Shown here piece by piece: positions 28,496 to 40,945 of a DNA stretch of 64,000 nt. A program made the translations under genes and the position numbers. The stretch is taken from the NCBI RefSeq assembly GCF_026571515.1, contig NW_026853973.1, forward strand, positions 434,001 to 498,000. Reading direction: 5' to 3'. Below the pieces are notes generated by a model that did not search any database, was not told where the DNA came from, and worked only from the letters and a program-made list of their open reading frames with translations. The stretch comes from Ruditapes philippinarum (lineage: Eukaryota). The first letter of the stretch is position 1, and every line of letters starts with the position of its first letter.

Positions 28496-31120
28496 TTACC
28501 TATTTTCAACGACAAAGTTCGGGACCTGACTTGGTGGTTTTTTAATAGCAACATTCATTTTTCTCCAAAACAAGTCATGACCAGCGACGTCATTTTCCTC
28601 AACAAACTCGATGTATTTGTGCATTTCAAGCCATTTCCAAACACTGTTGGGTATTTTCTTCTTTTCAAGACCACCCTTAATGACAAGTATTAAGTAATTG
28701 CGATCACGCCGAAATATACCCGAATGTGCAAAACACTCAAACAGGAAAACATTTATGGGGTCCTCAATGTAATCATTGGTAAGTATGACAATGGCTTTCT
28801 CGCTGTCCTCTATTGCACTCTCATAAGATGTTATGAAAGGTCCTGGCTTACAATCTTCTTTCATACACATTTTATATTCATTTTGATTACCCGTTAATCT
28901 GTTTACAATTGTTTCAACAAACTCTTTTTGACTTTCGGCGCAAGCAATAAATGCTTTGTAAGTATGTATAGATTGATATTGTTTATTTTTCTTATTACAT
29001 GTATATGTACTAATGTATTGATTGAACTGGAACCAGAGTCGCCGACAAGTCCATCTCTTAAAATATATTATTACAGCTACAAAGATGAGGAAAAGAACAA
29101 CGCCAGTTACTATAAGTATTGTGTAAATATCATGACATTTAAAGGACATATGACTAACCTTCGATTCAAACTCATTTAATGACAAAGGTAAGTCATTTTC
29201 ATCAACAAAATTGTATGACTCAAATCCAATCATATTGTTTTTGTGCTTTAAAAGCCATTTAAAAAAATCTTCCCTGTTACACGCATATCTTAAAGTATTA
29301 TTACGAAGATCAATAGTAAATGTAGATTTACGTCGCTCAGATGCACTTGTAAGTTGATTTAGAAGTTTTTCGGGAAGGACTCCAATCGAGTTATATCTAA
29401 GATTTATATAAGACAAATTATGTAACCCCGTGGTATCAATTGTCCAAGTCTCTATATTATTCATGCTTAAATCAATTGCTTCTAAATTGACATTATTTGC
29501 AAGGAAATCTGGAGGCAAATATGTAATTCTATTTAGAGACATGTTTAAAATTTTAAGGTTACTAAGGTGATTCATGATATAACTTGTCTTATCGTCATGG
29601 TTCAAAGAATACCCTATGAAATTTCTATCTATAAGTAATGTTTCAACTGAAGGAAATGACAGAAAAAATGTTGGATTAATGTCATAACAATAATTTCTGG
29701 ACAAATCTAAATATTCTACTTGATTAAAAGGACCAATAGGTCCCTTCCATGAATAAAGTGTATTTCCTGACAAATCCAGATGCTTCAAATAATTATCATT
29801 TGGAAAAATCGGCAATTGCTCTAATTCAAACTTCATATTACAATCATTGAACAACAATAATTCTAGATGCCTTGGAAGTGTTGGAATAGGAAAAATTGGA
29901 AAAGATTCGGAAGAATTAAAAAAAGTACATATGTCAATTGAGTCACTTGCATTCCTCAAATATTCTGGCTTCATATAAGGACAATCGTTTACGTAAGTAA
30001 AACTGTTATTTACATGCGATGATTGCACTTCCATGCTTGGTCTATGTAACTTGTTCTGGAAGCTGCCATAAAATTCAGCCACGTTTTTCAGACATCCAAG
30101 TTGCAACAGATAAAGTCCGAATGAAAAAATATTGTCGTTTAAGCTAACCGTTTTCAGCGATGTTGGCAATAGAATTAATGCATTTGTTTCTATCATTTCA
30201 ATCCGATTACTGTCAATAACAAGCTCTACAAGAGATGTATTGTGCAAAAAACATATATCGTTCATCCGTATTTCTGTTCCTAACCCAAAAGTTGGATTTG
30301 CGTGTGAATAGTTTAATGATTTGATATTTGTAAATTGTAGACTATATGATATGTTACTCAGCAACGGAAATCCCATTTTAATGTTATATGAAATGTCCAA
30401 AACTTCTAGACTTCCAAGTTCTTTGAAAGTTTCGGCTGCAATTGTGTTGATGTCACAAAACGAAATATTCAGATATATAAGATGAACAAGGTTTCTGAAA
30501 GATTCTTCTGATAAGCGATTGAATGAGCAATATCCATTAAATCCAGATACAGAAAGAAACTTTAAACTAGTTAGATTCAAAAATCCTTTGTGAAATGGAG
30601 CACCTGGAATTCCATCTATATACATTGTTTCAAGACCATTACTGCCAACAAAATCTGGATAAAATCTACGAGCTGTCTGCTGTTTGGTGTTTCCGTTCAA
30701 CTTTAGTGTTTTTAGCTTTGGTGGAAGCATGAATTTGTATCCATCTACAAAAATGTCTATATCGTTAAAACTAAGGTCCAGATGGTCAAGATTATGGAAC
30801 AATGCAAATATCCCTTCATCAAGATGCGTAATTGCATTCCTTGTTAAAATAAGAACACTTAAAAATTCACAACCTGTCAGATTTGATCTAAAAAGGTTCG
30901 GTATATCGAAACCCGTCGCTTCAAGTGATATTATATTGCTGTTTCTGACATAGGAACAAATTTCACTCAAATCTGTTCCTGTTCTATTGTTACACGTCAT
31001 TGAAATAGACAGGTCTACTGGTGAACATTCACAAGATCTGTTCGGTCCACATTCTTTTATGCCCGAGCAACACCCATAACGTATCATGGTCAATAATAAC
31101 AAAAAACGTTCCATTGTCAC
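28496..31120 (-). CDS. Toll-like receptor (single cysteine cluster type), intronless, 874 aa
   Basis: Signal peptide, Cys-rich LRRNT, many LxxLxLSxN repeats, LRRCT-like region, TM helix ILIVTGVVLFLIFVAVIIYF, TIR domain (YKAFIAC, KPG BB-loop, LFWRKM box 3). Confidence 0.95.
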   Translation of the reverse strand: MTMERFLLLLTMIRYGCCSGIKECGPNRSCECSPVDLSISMTCNNRTGTDLSEICSYVRNSNIISLEATGFDIPNLFRSNLTGCEFLSVLILTRNAITHLDEGIFALFHNLDHLDLSFNDIDIFVDGYKFMLPPKLKTLKLNGNTKQQTARRFYPDFVGSNGLETMYIDGIPGAPFHKGFLNLTSLKFLSVSGFNGYCSFNRLSEESFRNLVHLIYLNISFCDINTIAAETFKELGSLEVLDISYNIKMGFPLLSNISYSLQFTNIKSLNYSHANPTFGLGTEIRMNDICFLHNTSLVELVIDSNRIEMIETNALILLPTSLKTVSLNDNIFSFGLYLLQLGCLKNVAEFYGSFQNKLHRPSMEVQSSHVNNSFTYVNDCPYMKPEYLRNASDSIDICTFFNSSESFPIFPIPTLPRHLELLLFNDCNMKFELEQLPIFPNDNYLKHLDLSGNTLYSWKGPIGPFNQVEYLDLSRNYCYDINPTFFLSFPSVETLLIDRNFIGYSLNHDDKTSYIMNHLSNLKILNMSLNRITYLPPDFLANNVNLEAIDLSMNNIETWTIDTTGLHNLSYINLRYNSIGVLPEKLLNQLTSASERRKSTFTIDLRNNTLRYACNREDFFKWLLKHKNNMIGFESYNFVDENDLPLSLNEFESKVSHMSFKCHDIYTILIVTGVVLFLIFVAVIIYFKRWTCRRLWFQFNQYISTYTCNKKNKQYQSIHTYKAFIACAESQKEFVETIVNRLTGNQNEYKMCMKEDCKPGPFITSYESAIEDSEKAIVILTNDYIEDPINVFLFECFAHSGIFRRDRNYLILVIKGGLEKKKIPNSVWKWLEMHKYIEFVEENDVAGHDLFWRKMNVAIKKPPSQVPNFVVENR

Positions 31121-31334
31121 TATGCATCAATCAAGATGAAAACGTTATTTTAAATTATCAAACCTTTTAAACAATTTGTGTACTCATCAACGGTCGGTCT
31201 TCAGACAATTGTATGACAAGAAGTTGACTGAAATGATTATCTAATAATATCTTATCAATGTCATGCAGTTGTGATAGTGTTTGATACAAGGGACAATCTT
31301 AAATTAGCACGCAAATGTCATAGGCATTTTATAT

Positions 31335-31550
31335 ATTTGTTAGGTTCTACGTAGCACAAACACTGTAAAGGTAATATGGCGACTTCACTCATTTACCTGT
31401 GCAGGGAGACCACCGGTGCATTATTCAAGTGGCACCTAAGTAGAACCACCGACGTTCCGTAAGCAAGCTTAATAGCTTCTTCACATTGAAAAGAATCCAA
31501 CGTCTTTAGCGGTATTCGATCTTATAGCTATGAGAGTCATATGACGCCCC
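31335..31550 (-). mobile_element. Degraded copy of the tRNA-SINE just upstream of the TLR start
   Basis: Reverse complement of the SINE body (GTAGAACCACCGACGTTCCGTAAGCAAGCT...TCACAT). Confidence 0.7.
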
Positions 31551-32376
31551 AAATTTCATAGATATTTAAGGGATTTAATCTAAATTTATTTAACATGTAT
31601 ATTCAGAGTGACACAGATAAATAATAATAAAGTAATTCTTGCTTTTGACCAACACACAATAGATTGTTCCACTTAGCATTTTCTGTCTTCTTTACAACTG
31701 GCCCTCCGCACAATGTTCTTAATACGTTTTGAAAGCGTTTAATATGTGTCTCTTATTTCCCAGTCCATTGCAGCGAATACATGATCCAAATCGTTTCAGC
31801 TCATTCCTAAGAATATTCCCATTAGTACAAAACGTAGTATCAATTGGTCAGTATAGAAAGAAAACGGGGCTAAATAATCAAAGTTTAAATCTACTACATG
31901 TAATGTATTTTGTAGCATGAGCTTTGAAACAGGTACTGTGATCAAATATTTGATTTTAATAAGAAACATTATAAATGTCATGTCGGCTAAAGAGCTATAG
32001 ATTACACATTACATTACATTTGAATATATTACATTGCATTTGAATACTATTTTTTGCAATCGAATCACTATTACTAAATGCGAAATGCTGTAATGAACTT
32101 CCTGGGTTTTATGGTGTCCATAGTGATGTGCAATCAAGGTCAGATTTTAAAACATTTAAGATAATGACCTTTCTCATGTATAATTTATAACTTTGGCGTT
32201 GCATAATGATAATTTTTATCAAATTACGTTCAAACACGTCATGCATTTAATCAAAATTTCTCATACTGAAATTGATATAGTGTACCATATCATTAATATC
32301 TATGATGTATGTTTACTTTTCACACGCAAATTCTTCTTATCAGCTTGCAAGCTTCTTGATTATATCACAATTTACT

Positions 32377-35300
32377 AAAACAACAACAACAACAACAACA
32401 ACAATTTATTTCAGCATTAAGTAATATACATTTACTTTTAGCCTACAATAATATAATCATGTGTAGTGATAGGTCATATAATGATTACAGTTAGTGTTAT
32501 TATTTAAACAAAGGTGCTTTTGATTAGTTACACGAGATTCTTGGTTCATTTTAAATAGATGATTACTACTGTTCTAATTCTGTTCTCCGTTTGTTAGCAA
32601 AATATAGATATTTAGATAAATTGATAATTTCTTTCTTGTTTTGAGACATCATTAACTTATCTTTTTGCAATGTTGGCCATGTAAAATAATAAGGCTTCAA
32701 AAATTTGTGTCTTAAATCTATATATATCGGGCAAGTAAGTAGAAAATGGTACTCATTTTCAATGAGTAAAGAACGACAAAATTTGCAAGTTCTTTCTAAT
32801 CTTGGGATATTATAGTATCTTCCCCTCTCAATTTCAAGATTGTGTGATGATAGACGAAATCTACTAAGAGCAATTTTGAAACGTCTTTCTAAACTGTAAT
32901 AATCAAGATAAGGTTCGATCGAAAATGAATATTTTGTCCTACAATATGTTAAAAGTCTTTGAGAGTTATTTATTTCTGAAAACCAGGTTTGATGATATTG
33001 GTCTAATATTCTTTGTTTTATAAATTCAAAAACAGGAATATGTTGATATTTATGTAAATCCTTCCATATATCTGAAAGACCCAGTCTGTTTAATATTGTT
33101 TTAATTTGATATGCCCAGTTTTGGCCATTATAAGTTATATTGTTATCTGCATCTAGTTTTAGCATATTATACATTTGTTTTATTAGTTTGTTGTCTTCTA
33201 ATTTTTGAATTTTTAACCAATACCTAATCATGTTTATTTGTCTTACAATTTTCATTGGTTCTCTACCAAGTTCTCCATATAATCCTGTCAGATTTGTTGA
33301 TATATTAACAACTAGGATTTTTTCTTGCAAAATTTAGTGTGAATCTTTTCAATATCACTACCTTCAATATTTCCCCATACCTCCGAACAGTAATTAAGAA
33401 TTGATGCTACTAATGAATCAAATAATTAACATTTTTCACTAGTTTTGAATTCATATTGATGAAGAATAGCAAACAATCTATAAAGTGCTTTCGATGCATG
33501 TTCTGCTATGCTTTTTGTGTTCGTGACCAGTTTCCATTTTTAAAAAGGTATATTCCCAAATATTTAAAAGACGTTACTATTTCAAGTTTTTTGCCATAAA
33601 GATGAAAATCAAAATGTGTAGGTCTGCCTCTTTCGAAAATCATAACTTTGGTTATATCTATGTTTATTTTAAGTCCAAAGGTATTACAGTATATTTCGAT
33701 GTCCTTAAGCATGCTTTGTAAGGTGTCGGGATTTGTAGCAAATAATCAGCATATAAAATCAAAAATAGACTAAGCTCATTTAAGGTGAAAATTCCATCAA
33801 GGTCTGCATTTATATTACTCATTAGATCATTTACGAACATCATGAACAATAGAGGAGAACTGGGGTCTCCCTGCTTAACGCCTTGATGAGAGTTTATAAC
33901 ATCATTATGTACTACCCCATTATATTTAATAGATGCTCGTACTACAGTGTACATTGCTTTTATAGCTTTTACCATTTTAGTACTCACATTTTCTGTTATA
34001 AGTTTTTGCCAAAGAAAAGAACGATTAATTCTGTCGAAACATTTTTCATAATCAATAAATATGGAGTACAGTTTTTTACCCGAATATATGACTTTTGAAA
34101 TAATTGAGTGTAAAAGGAATATACAATCAACTGTGCTCTTACCCTTTTGGAAGCCAAATTGACTATTTACAAGTTTTTCGTGTTTTTCAGTCCATATTGT
34201 TAGCCGATTAAGTAGAACCTGAGAATAAATCTTAGATAAAATATTGTTAAGTGTTATACCACGGTAATTTTTTGCTAGTTTTAGGTCACCCCCTTTAAAT
34301 ATTGGAAAAATATATCCTTCTCCCCAGATTTCCGGGTATTGTCCATTTTTAAATATTGACAAAAGAAAAGGAGAAATTACACTGTATGAAGATTTAATAA
34401 TTTTTGCCGACACACCGTCCGGTCCGGTAGCTTTAAAATAATTTTGTTTAAATACAGCTTTATAAATTTCATTTTCAGATATCGGCGAATCTAAATCTTC
34501 ATCATGTATATTTTCAAATGTTTCATCATTAACAGAGTAAGTTTCCTCAACATTTTCATCAAACAATGTAGAAAAATGTTCATGAAGATTTTCTATTCCT
34601 ATATCATTATTTTTGGTGTTCTTTTTAAAACATTTTTTGATAAATTTCCAAAATTTTCTGGGCTCGATGCATACAATATTTTCAAGCTTTTTACCTTCTT
34701 GTAATTTATGCTTATATTTTGCCTTTGATTTAATCTTATTGTATTTAGTGCGCATTTTTACAAAATTATGTCTGTTTTCTTGATTATTGTTTTTAACAAA
34801 TAAATTTCTAGCTTTTTTGAACTCCCTTTTTATGGAATAGCATTCGTCATCAAACCATTTTGGTTTATTTAAATGATGTCTTATATTTACATTTGAAAAA
34901 GATATATTTTTACCGAATATTTCCATGGCATTTTTATATAAAATGTCAGTTAAACAAATAACCCGGTCATTTACAGAATTTGAACGACTATTATCAGTCT
35001 TAAACTTATTTACATCATAATGTCAATTAAATTTCCAGTTCTGCTATTTAAATCCCCTGTTACGTATGTTTTGCCAATTTCATTATATTTTTCTATCCCT
35101 TTTTCAATTTCCTCATAAAAATCAAAATCTTTATCGTAAAAAAATCTTTGAACAAATAGGTGGAATGTAAACAAGACAAAAATATACATCTTCAAAAAAG
35201 TAAAACATATCATGATTAATTTTCAACCAAATAATTCCAGATTGATTACTTTCTGCAATAGATATCTTAGAGTAAAGTTCGTCACAGAAGTAAACTGACA

Positions 35301-35902
35301 ACCCGCCACTGTATCTTCCTTTCTTTTTTTCCTGTAGATTTATTTCCGTGTAAATGAAAAGAACTATATCCATTAATTTCTAAGTTAATTGTATGGGATT
35401 TACTTATCCATGTTTCACTGAGAAGAAGTATGTAACTTAACGTAATTAATGAATTCTTCGTCTTGTAATTTGCGAATCAGACCGTTTACATTCCACGATA
35501 TGAATCGAAGCTCCTGTTTGGCCTAACTAGAAAGTTCATGAAAAGGCCCACTATCTCCATCTCGAACTAGTAATCGGGCTCCTGCCCACTTAACAGATTT
35601 CCCAGCTGCTTTCTCTCGTTCTAGAACTGGAAACAATTCTTTCCGTTTTGCGAAGAATTGCTTTGGTTTGTTGAACTCCCAATTCCCCTGTCCATGGCCT
35701 TCAATACGTGGTATTTGCTCTGCGCAGTGGTTCGAATTAATTCGCGTGTTTGGGGTGTTGAAATTTTTGCAAACAATCGGGCGTATTCCAGACGCTTTCT
35801 TTTGCCCTATTCTATGAGCACGAGCAATATCAATGGAGTCTTTAATGTTCAAGGCAGTATCTATTAAATTCAACACAAGTGCTTCACAATCCTCCTTTTC
35901 AG
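32377..35902 (-). mobile_element. 5'-truncated, frameshifted non-LTR retrotransposon (CR1/L2 group): ORF1 fragment, APE endonuclease, RT, C-terminal Zn-knuckle
   Basis: ORF1-like IARAHRIG..RPIV; APE motifs GRYSGG and GDLNSRTG; RT motifs NYRGITL, QFGFQKGKST, GVKQGDPSSPLLF, LYAD; RLSSHNLEIERGRY..C..C..ENEYHFLLTC; AATAAA plus (TTG)n tail at ~32378-32410; possible 6-bp TSD TTTACT (32371-32376, 35903-35908). Confidence 0.92.
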
Positions 35903-37308
35903 TTTACTCACTCTAATGATTATGAATTTTTCTGTACTAGCAAATGCTGTTGCGATAGTCTTATTTTGAGAAAAAAATTATTATATAATTATCTCTTAAA
36001 ATTCTCAGCTATATCACTGACTTGCAAAACCAAATTTATATTCATATTATCATGCCTGCCAATAAATAAGATTTATTGAAACCGCCAAATCGGATCATCA
36101 AGGCTATCATCAATAATAACCTCGGACTTAATAAGGATTGAAAGTAGTTCTGCCACGTTGTTCTAAATTTGAGGGTGTAATCTTTGATATTGTATGACGA
36201 ATGTATATATCCCAAAGAAATAAATACATTCCAAAGAAAATAAAGCGCATTTTGGTAAAATAATGATTATACATATGTCTGACAATCATAATCGATTTAA
36301 ACATGCTTACTGATGTACAATTACAACTATCAATATTGCATTTTATTACAAAATTTATAAAGTCTAACTTAAAAACTGCGACAGTCCGAAGTAAAAACAA
36401 GTACGTCTAATAGGGACACCTACATGTAGAATAGAAATTGTCCATCAATATCAATATGCTCATAATTTAATGTCTATGTTTACAAAATGGTCTCTTTTCT
36501 TAGCTACAAGAAATTATTATGTCATTGTTATGCAAGCATTACTAACATTTCTATGCACTGAAAACTTAGAACTAAAGCGTACTCGTCCTATCACAGTTAA
36601 ACACGAGTACTACGGACGTAATGAACTTTCTGTGCCTTAACGCTTCCCCTTTAATTTCAATTTTCACAACTACGCAGATCTAAACGACTCTTTTCAAAGT
36701 TTGCAGTGCACATAACCTCTCTTGTGATTTTAAAAGTCGCTAAAAATATCACGGTGTTTGTTTGCGTTTGTGGCCACAACTCACAAGATAGCCCCCTCCT
36801 TAAAAAGCTCAGTTCATTGTTACAATGTATTAAAGAAACACATAACTCTGATAACAACTGTGTGAGATAGGAATATTATCCAGGCAACATTTATAGTTAA
36901 CATGTCATCTGATGTTCATATACATTGTATATACAAATTTTATAGATGTCAGAAAGCGAAAGAATTTCGTATGTTACGACGAGCACTGGCTGCTTTACAA
37001 ACAAATAACGAAATTTATATAAAAAAGTAATTAGATAATTACATATAGAACAGATGTGAAATCTCTATTGGCAGTTCAGATAGCCTAAATGTTGTACATA
37101 TAAATAGCTTTGACATGGAAGATAGGTCTATAAAATATACAACACAATTTTGCACATCACAGTAATTACATACATGTATACATATTCAGTATTTATATAT
37201 GGCAAATAAAATCTTAGTTAAGTATAACACATATTGATTTTCCTCACTCTATTTTGTATTTTTAAGAGCTCGTCGATAGTGATATTTTCTAATGCAGTTT
37301 TGTTTCTT

Positions 37309-40300
37309 TTAAACTGGTAAAGTATCTTCGCAAGATGATTTAGATGATTCTGGGTCCGTGTCGTTTGATTCTAGCCAAGATCTTGCGTAGTCATCGGCAT
37401 TTGTTTCTGCACGATATTCATCTGAAATTACAGCAGACGAGATACTAACAACGTAAACATTGCCAAAAAGAAAAAAAGGAAAAAAAAGGAAAAGAAAGGA
37501 AGACAAATATTACGCATGCTTTAATCTTTTAAGTCTTTCAACTAAAGTTTTGTTAAAGATTTGCTTTCACGAATGTTTGGATAAATGACTCTATTATTTC
37601 AATGTTGTTTTCTTCTATGTTATATAATTATACATTTTGAATGTTTAAATTGAATTACATATACATCTATAGAATGTTTTTATTTATAAAGATCATTGAA
37701 AATTAATATCCATTTCTTTACCAGGAATGCAGCATTATATTTAATTAAAGAAATTAAATAGTAAAGAAGAACTTTTAAAGTATCTGTGACAGTTGATCTT
37801 TAACATTGAGTCTAATAGACATTTGTCTCCGGCCGCTGAATCAAACATCATGTAGTCGGTCACGTGCGCAGAAACTGGTAATCTAGGGAAGCTTGTTAGG
37901 TGGGTTGACTTAAAATTTGTTAAGATCGACGTAAAAAACAAACAAGCAAACAATATCCAGAATACAAACTAATCGTTACTGCATAAAGATAAACAGAACG
38001 AAAATACCTAATCCCAATAACACTTCTGCTCATACAGACAACACGAGAACTTACCTAAAGATGTCGTGCTAAATGAATCCTACAAGACAAACAAATGAAC
38101 CTATAGTTACAGAAAAATATTGCAATAATATGTGATATCTAAACTGTCTTAAATCAGTGGTATGTTGACTGATTATCCATTTCATTGTCACGACAGTGAA
38201 TACTTGACAAATGTTTCGTCTAGCATACGAAAACATCAAAATAGCAAAAAGTTATAGTTTTGCTTTCTTTTCAAAGAAATAACAACAATCGTACAGTTAA
38301 ATATTTAAAAAAAACATTATGCCTCAGAAATTCACATTATTGATATAGAAGTTTTAGTAATGGACTAAATATATAATGTATATACTTTTAGACAAATGAA
38401 AACTACTGCTTTATTGTGTCGTAAAGGTAGTGAAATGTAAACAAAGTTATTATTTTGACTTTCATACAAAGTACTAATTCGCTAAATATACCATTTGTAA
38501 ACAGAGAAAAATAAGTAAAAAATCTTTATGTATATGGCAAATGAGTTTATTTTGGAAACTATGACAAGATACCAAAGCTAGAACGTTTCCATTAATATTA
38601 TCTTATGCAGACACTTTCTTTCATTACCTTTTCTGCACTGACAAAGCTAACAATTTCAAGGGTCTGTTGCAGTCCTGCCCCGAATGTTTCTAAAATCGTC
38701 TCTATAGAAACAAGAAGGAAGTGTCGGTTATCATCCTCAAAATGACATACATACATCCCGACGCAGTGTAACATATCATCTTCGTCTGCTATGAAAACAG
38801 CCGCCCCACCTTCTTCCTGTTTTATAAGTCCATATTCAGGCGTTCTAAGACGAATAAGACCCCGCTTTTTATCTAGCATGATTTTAGCTTTTGCTGTTCG
38901 TGTTTGATTCCCAAAAACATATACTTGTGTTTCCTCCCAGGAATTCCTGTTATCGTAGTATGGAAAATTTATAGGGCTTATCCCTGCAACACAAAAAGTA
39001 CGTTTTTATTTGTTGTGTTTTCAATAAATCAATATTTGGAAAGGTCATATTAATATGTGTTTAATGTATGTCAGTAAAGGTAAGAATAAAAAAAATATTC
39101 AGGAAAAAAAGAAAAACATACATTTCCTTATATAAATGATAAATATAAATATTGCAATCGCTTCTCTTATAGGAAAATATTCTTTTGATAATAAATATTT
39201 TATCACTCAAAAACAGTTCCTATACACCAAAACCCCACACCAGTGTTTAATGGGCGATAAACAATACAAAGACCGATATTATTTCTAAAATATAATATAG
39301 TAACACCGCTTATATTCATTTACCAGACACTAATGTTAAAATGAATACAAATGAAGAAATTATATAACCTGCAAAAATAAACCTCCCTCCTTTCATATAA
39401 CTGTCTACCTCTTCCATGATACTTTGATTGATCTGTATTAAAGCTACCATCGTGGGTTTATCGCTTGTACCTTTTGTTTCTACGTTACCGATAGAACGAC
39501 CTTCAAGCCTTGACCCTGACCTATATAGCTGCAAAACGTTGGCATCATTGACGATGTTCTGATAGTTTAGTCTTTGACAGACGACATGACTGGCTGTGAC
39601 GAAGTAACATCTTTCATTCATTTTAACAAAAGGTCCAACTACACCTAGCATACAAGGATAAATGCCAAGTTTTGGAATTACTGAACTTCCCATTCTAAAT
39701 TGACGAACCATACCTATAATACATTAATAATTCGAGTTATTCAGGAGTCGCATTTAGGACATGCTTCGAATATATCTATATAAAATATTATAAAATATGA
39801 AACACTTTCAGATCTAGACAAAAATGTTTTGTTTACAATACGGCATCATCTCTTAAATTCGGGGTCTAGCGGGGTTTTTTTTTAAACAAAAAAATCGTTC
39901 CACTCACACAACTATAGCTTTAAATCCTGAAATTTACTTATATTTCTTAAATGCGAGCTGGCTATCAATCTTACTCATGGAAGGTCGGTGGTTCCACAGA
40001 GTGGCCGCTCGTACCTGAAATAATATACGGAGGGGTACCTAAGTTCTTCATCTCTATAAGGCTGGCAAATCACCAGTGTCGGTGTTACAAAACAATTAAA
40101 CAATAAGACCTTATACTACCAGAGAATGATGCTACGGTATTATGGACGATCATAAAAAGATAACTTTTACCGTGAATGTTTTTGTCGGGAAACCAGCGAG
40201 AATAAGCACACATGTATGTTACATCGGCATGTTCATCCATACTCTCATTGTCATCAGAGAAGTACCTAAAAATAGAACAACTTAATACAAAACGTACATG

Positions 40301-40804
40301 TGAAAGAATGCCCGAACGCCAAACTCGAAATAATTGCATGCAATAATTACAGAATATAGTATATAAGATCAAAAATAGGCGGCATTCGATGAACACAGCC
40401 CCGCAGAATTGACATTGATAGATCTAGTTAGAACATACAAATCTCAGTTCTTAACAAATTTGTGTATAATCACTCAAATAAAGGTTTGAATGTGTACGGG
40501 CATTGTTGGAAGAACTATATTGTAAAGGTAATGCATGAAGTTATATCAATTTGAATGCACGGACAATCGACTAATTTTATGCGGATTACGTATAAAACAA
40601 TGGTTGGATGCAGTTTTTGTTTCACAGGAAACAAATTAACAAAATCAACGTGTTATTTTAGGCTTTTCATCCACAGAATTGTTCTTGTTTTCCTTCTTTA
40701 CTTTATGTCTTATATTATATACTTATAATAGATATATATGGTTTATGAAAGTGGATAGCACTGATACTGAATCGGTCATCATTCATGTCTTTTAATACTT
40801 ACAT
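37309..40804 (-). CDS. Spliced ~311-aa trypsin-fold (NAL1/trypsin_2-like) serine protease homolog, catalytically degenerate; exons ending at 40803, then 40265-40171, 39713-39369, 38983-38628, 38079-38055, 37421-37309
   Basis: Phase-compatible GT/AG exons join several track ORFs. Motifs GVVGPFV..YFVTASHVV, MVALIQI, VYVFGNQT, EEGGAAVF, CVGM, SIETIL are collinear with the family pattern GxLGxFV..LTxxHV..DxALI..VxKxGxTTG..GDSGSxV..IG..TPIxxIL. An alternative donor at 39324 and the last exon are less certain. Confidence 0.72.
39950..40090 (+). mobile_element. SINE body fragment in the protease-homolog intron
   Basis: GGAAGGTCGGTGGTTCCAC...CCGCTCGTACCTGAAATAAT matches the SINE family. Confidence 0.7.
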
Positions 40805-40935
40805 GATCTTATCAAAGATTTAAACGTCCCGGGATATGTTATCTAATACTAATACAATCAATACACATAGTATCCACTTTAATCTACAAAATTTGAATCA
40901 TCACAAAGTTCAGTTGAACGAAACATTCTGTACAA

Positions 40936-40945
40936 TTTCACTTTC
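40936..40945 (-). promoter_or_regulatory. IRF-E/ISRE-like motif GAAAGTGAAA upstream of the putative first exon of the protease homolog
   Basis: Exact GAAANNGAAA tandem core ~135 nt upstream of the first donor; short, so chance is not excluded. Confidence 0.3.

Noticed and set aside
28928-30953. Plus-strand ORFs overlapping the TLR (and similar ones over the LINE and IAP)
   Set aside because: Antisense shadows of real coding sequence.
37741-37953. Possible extra exon of the protease homolog
   Set aside because: Phase-compatible acceptors run into stops within a few codons; cannot be supported without transcripts.
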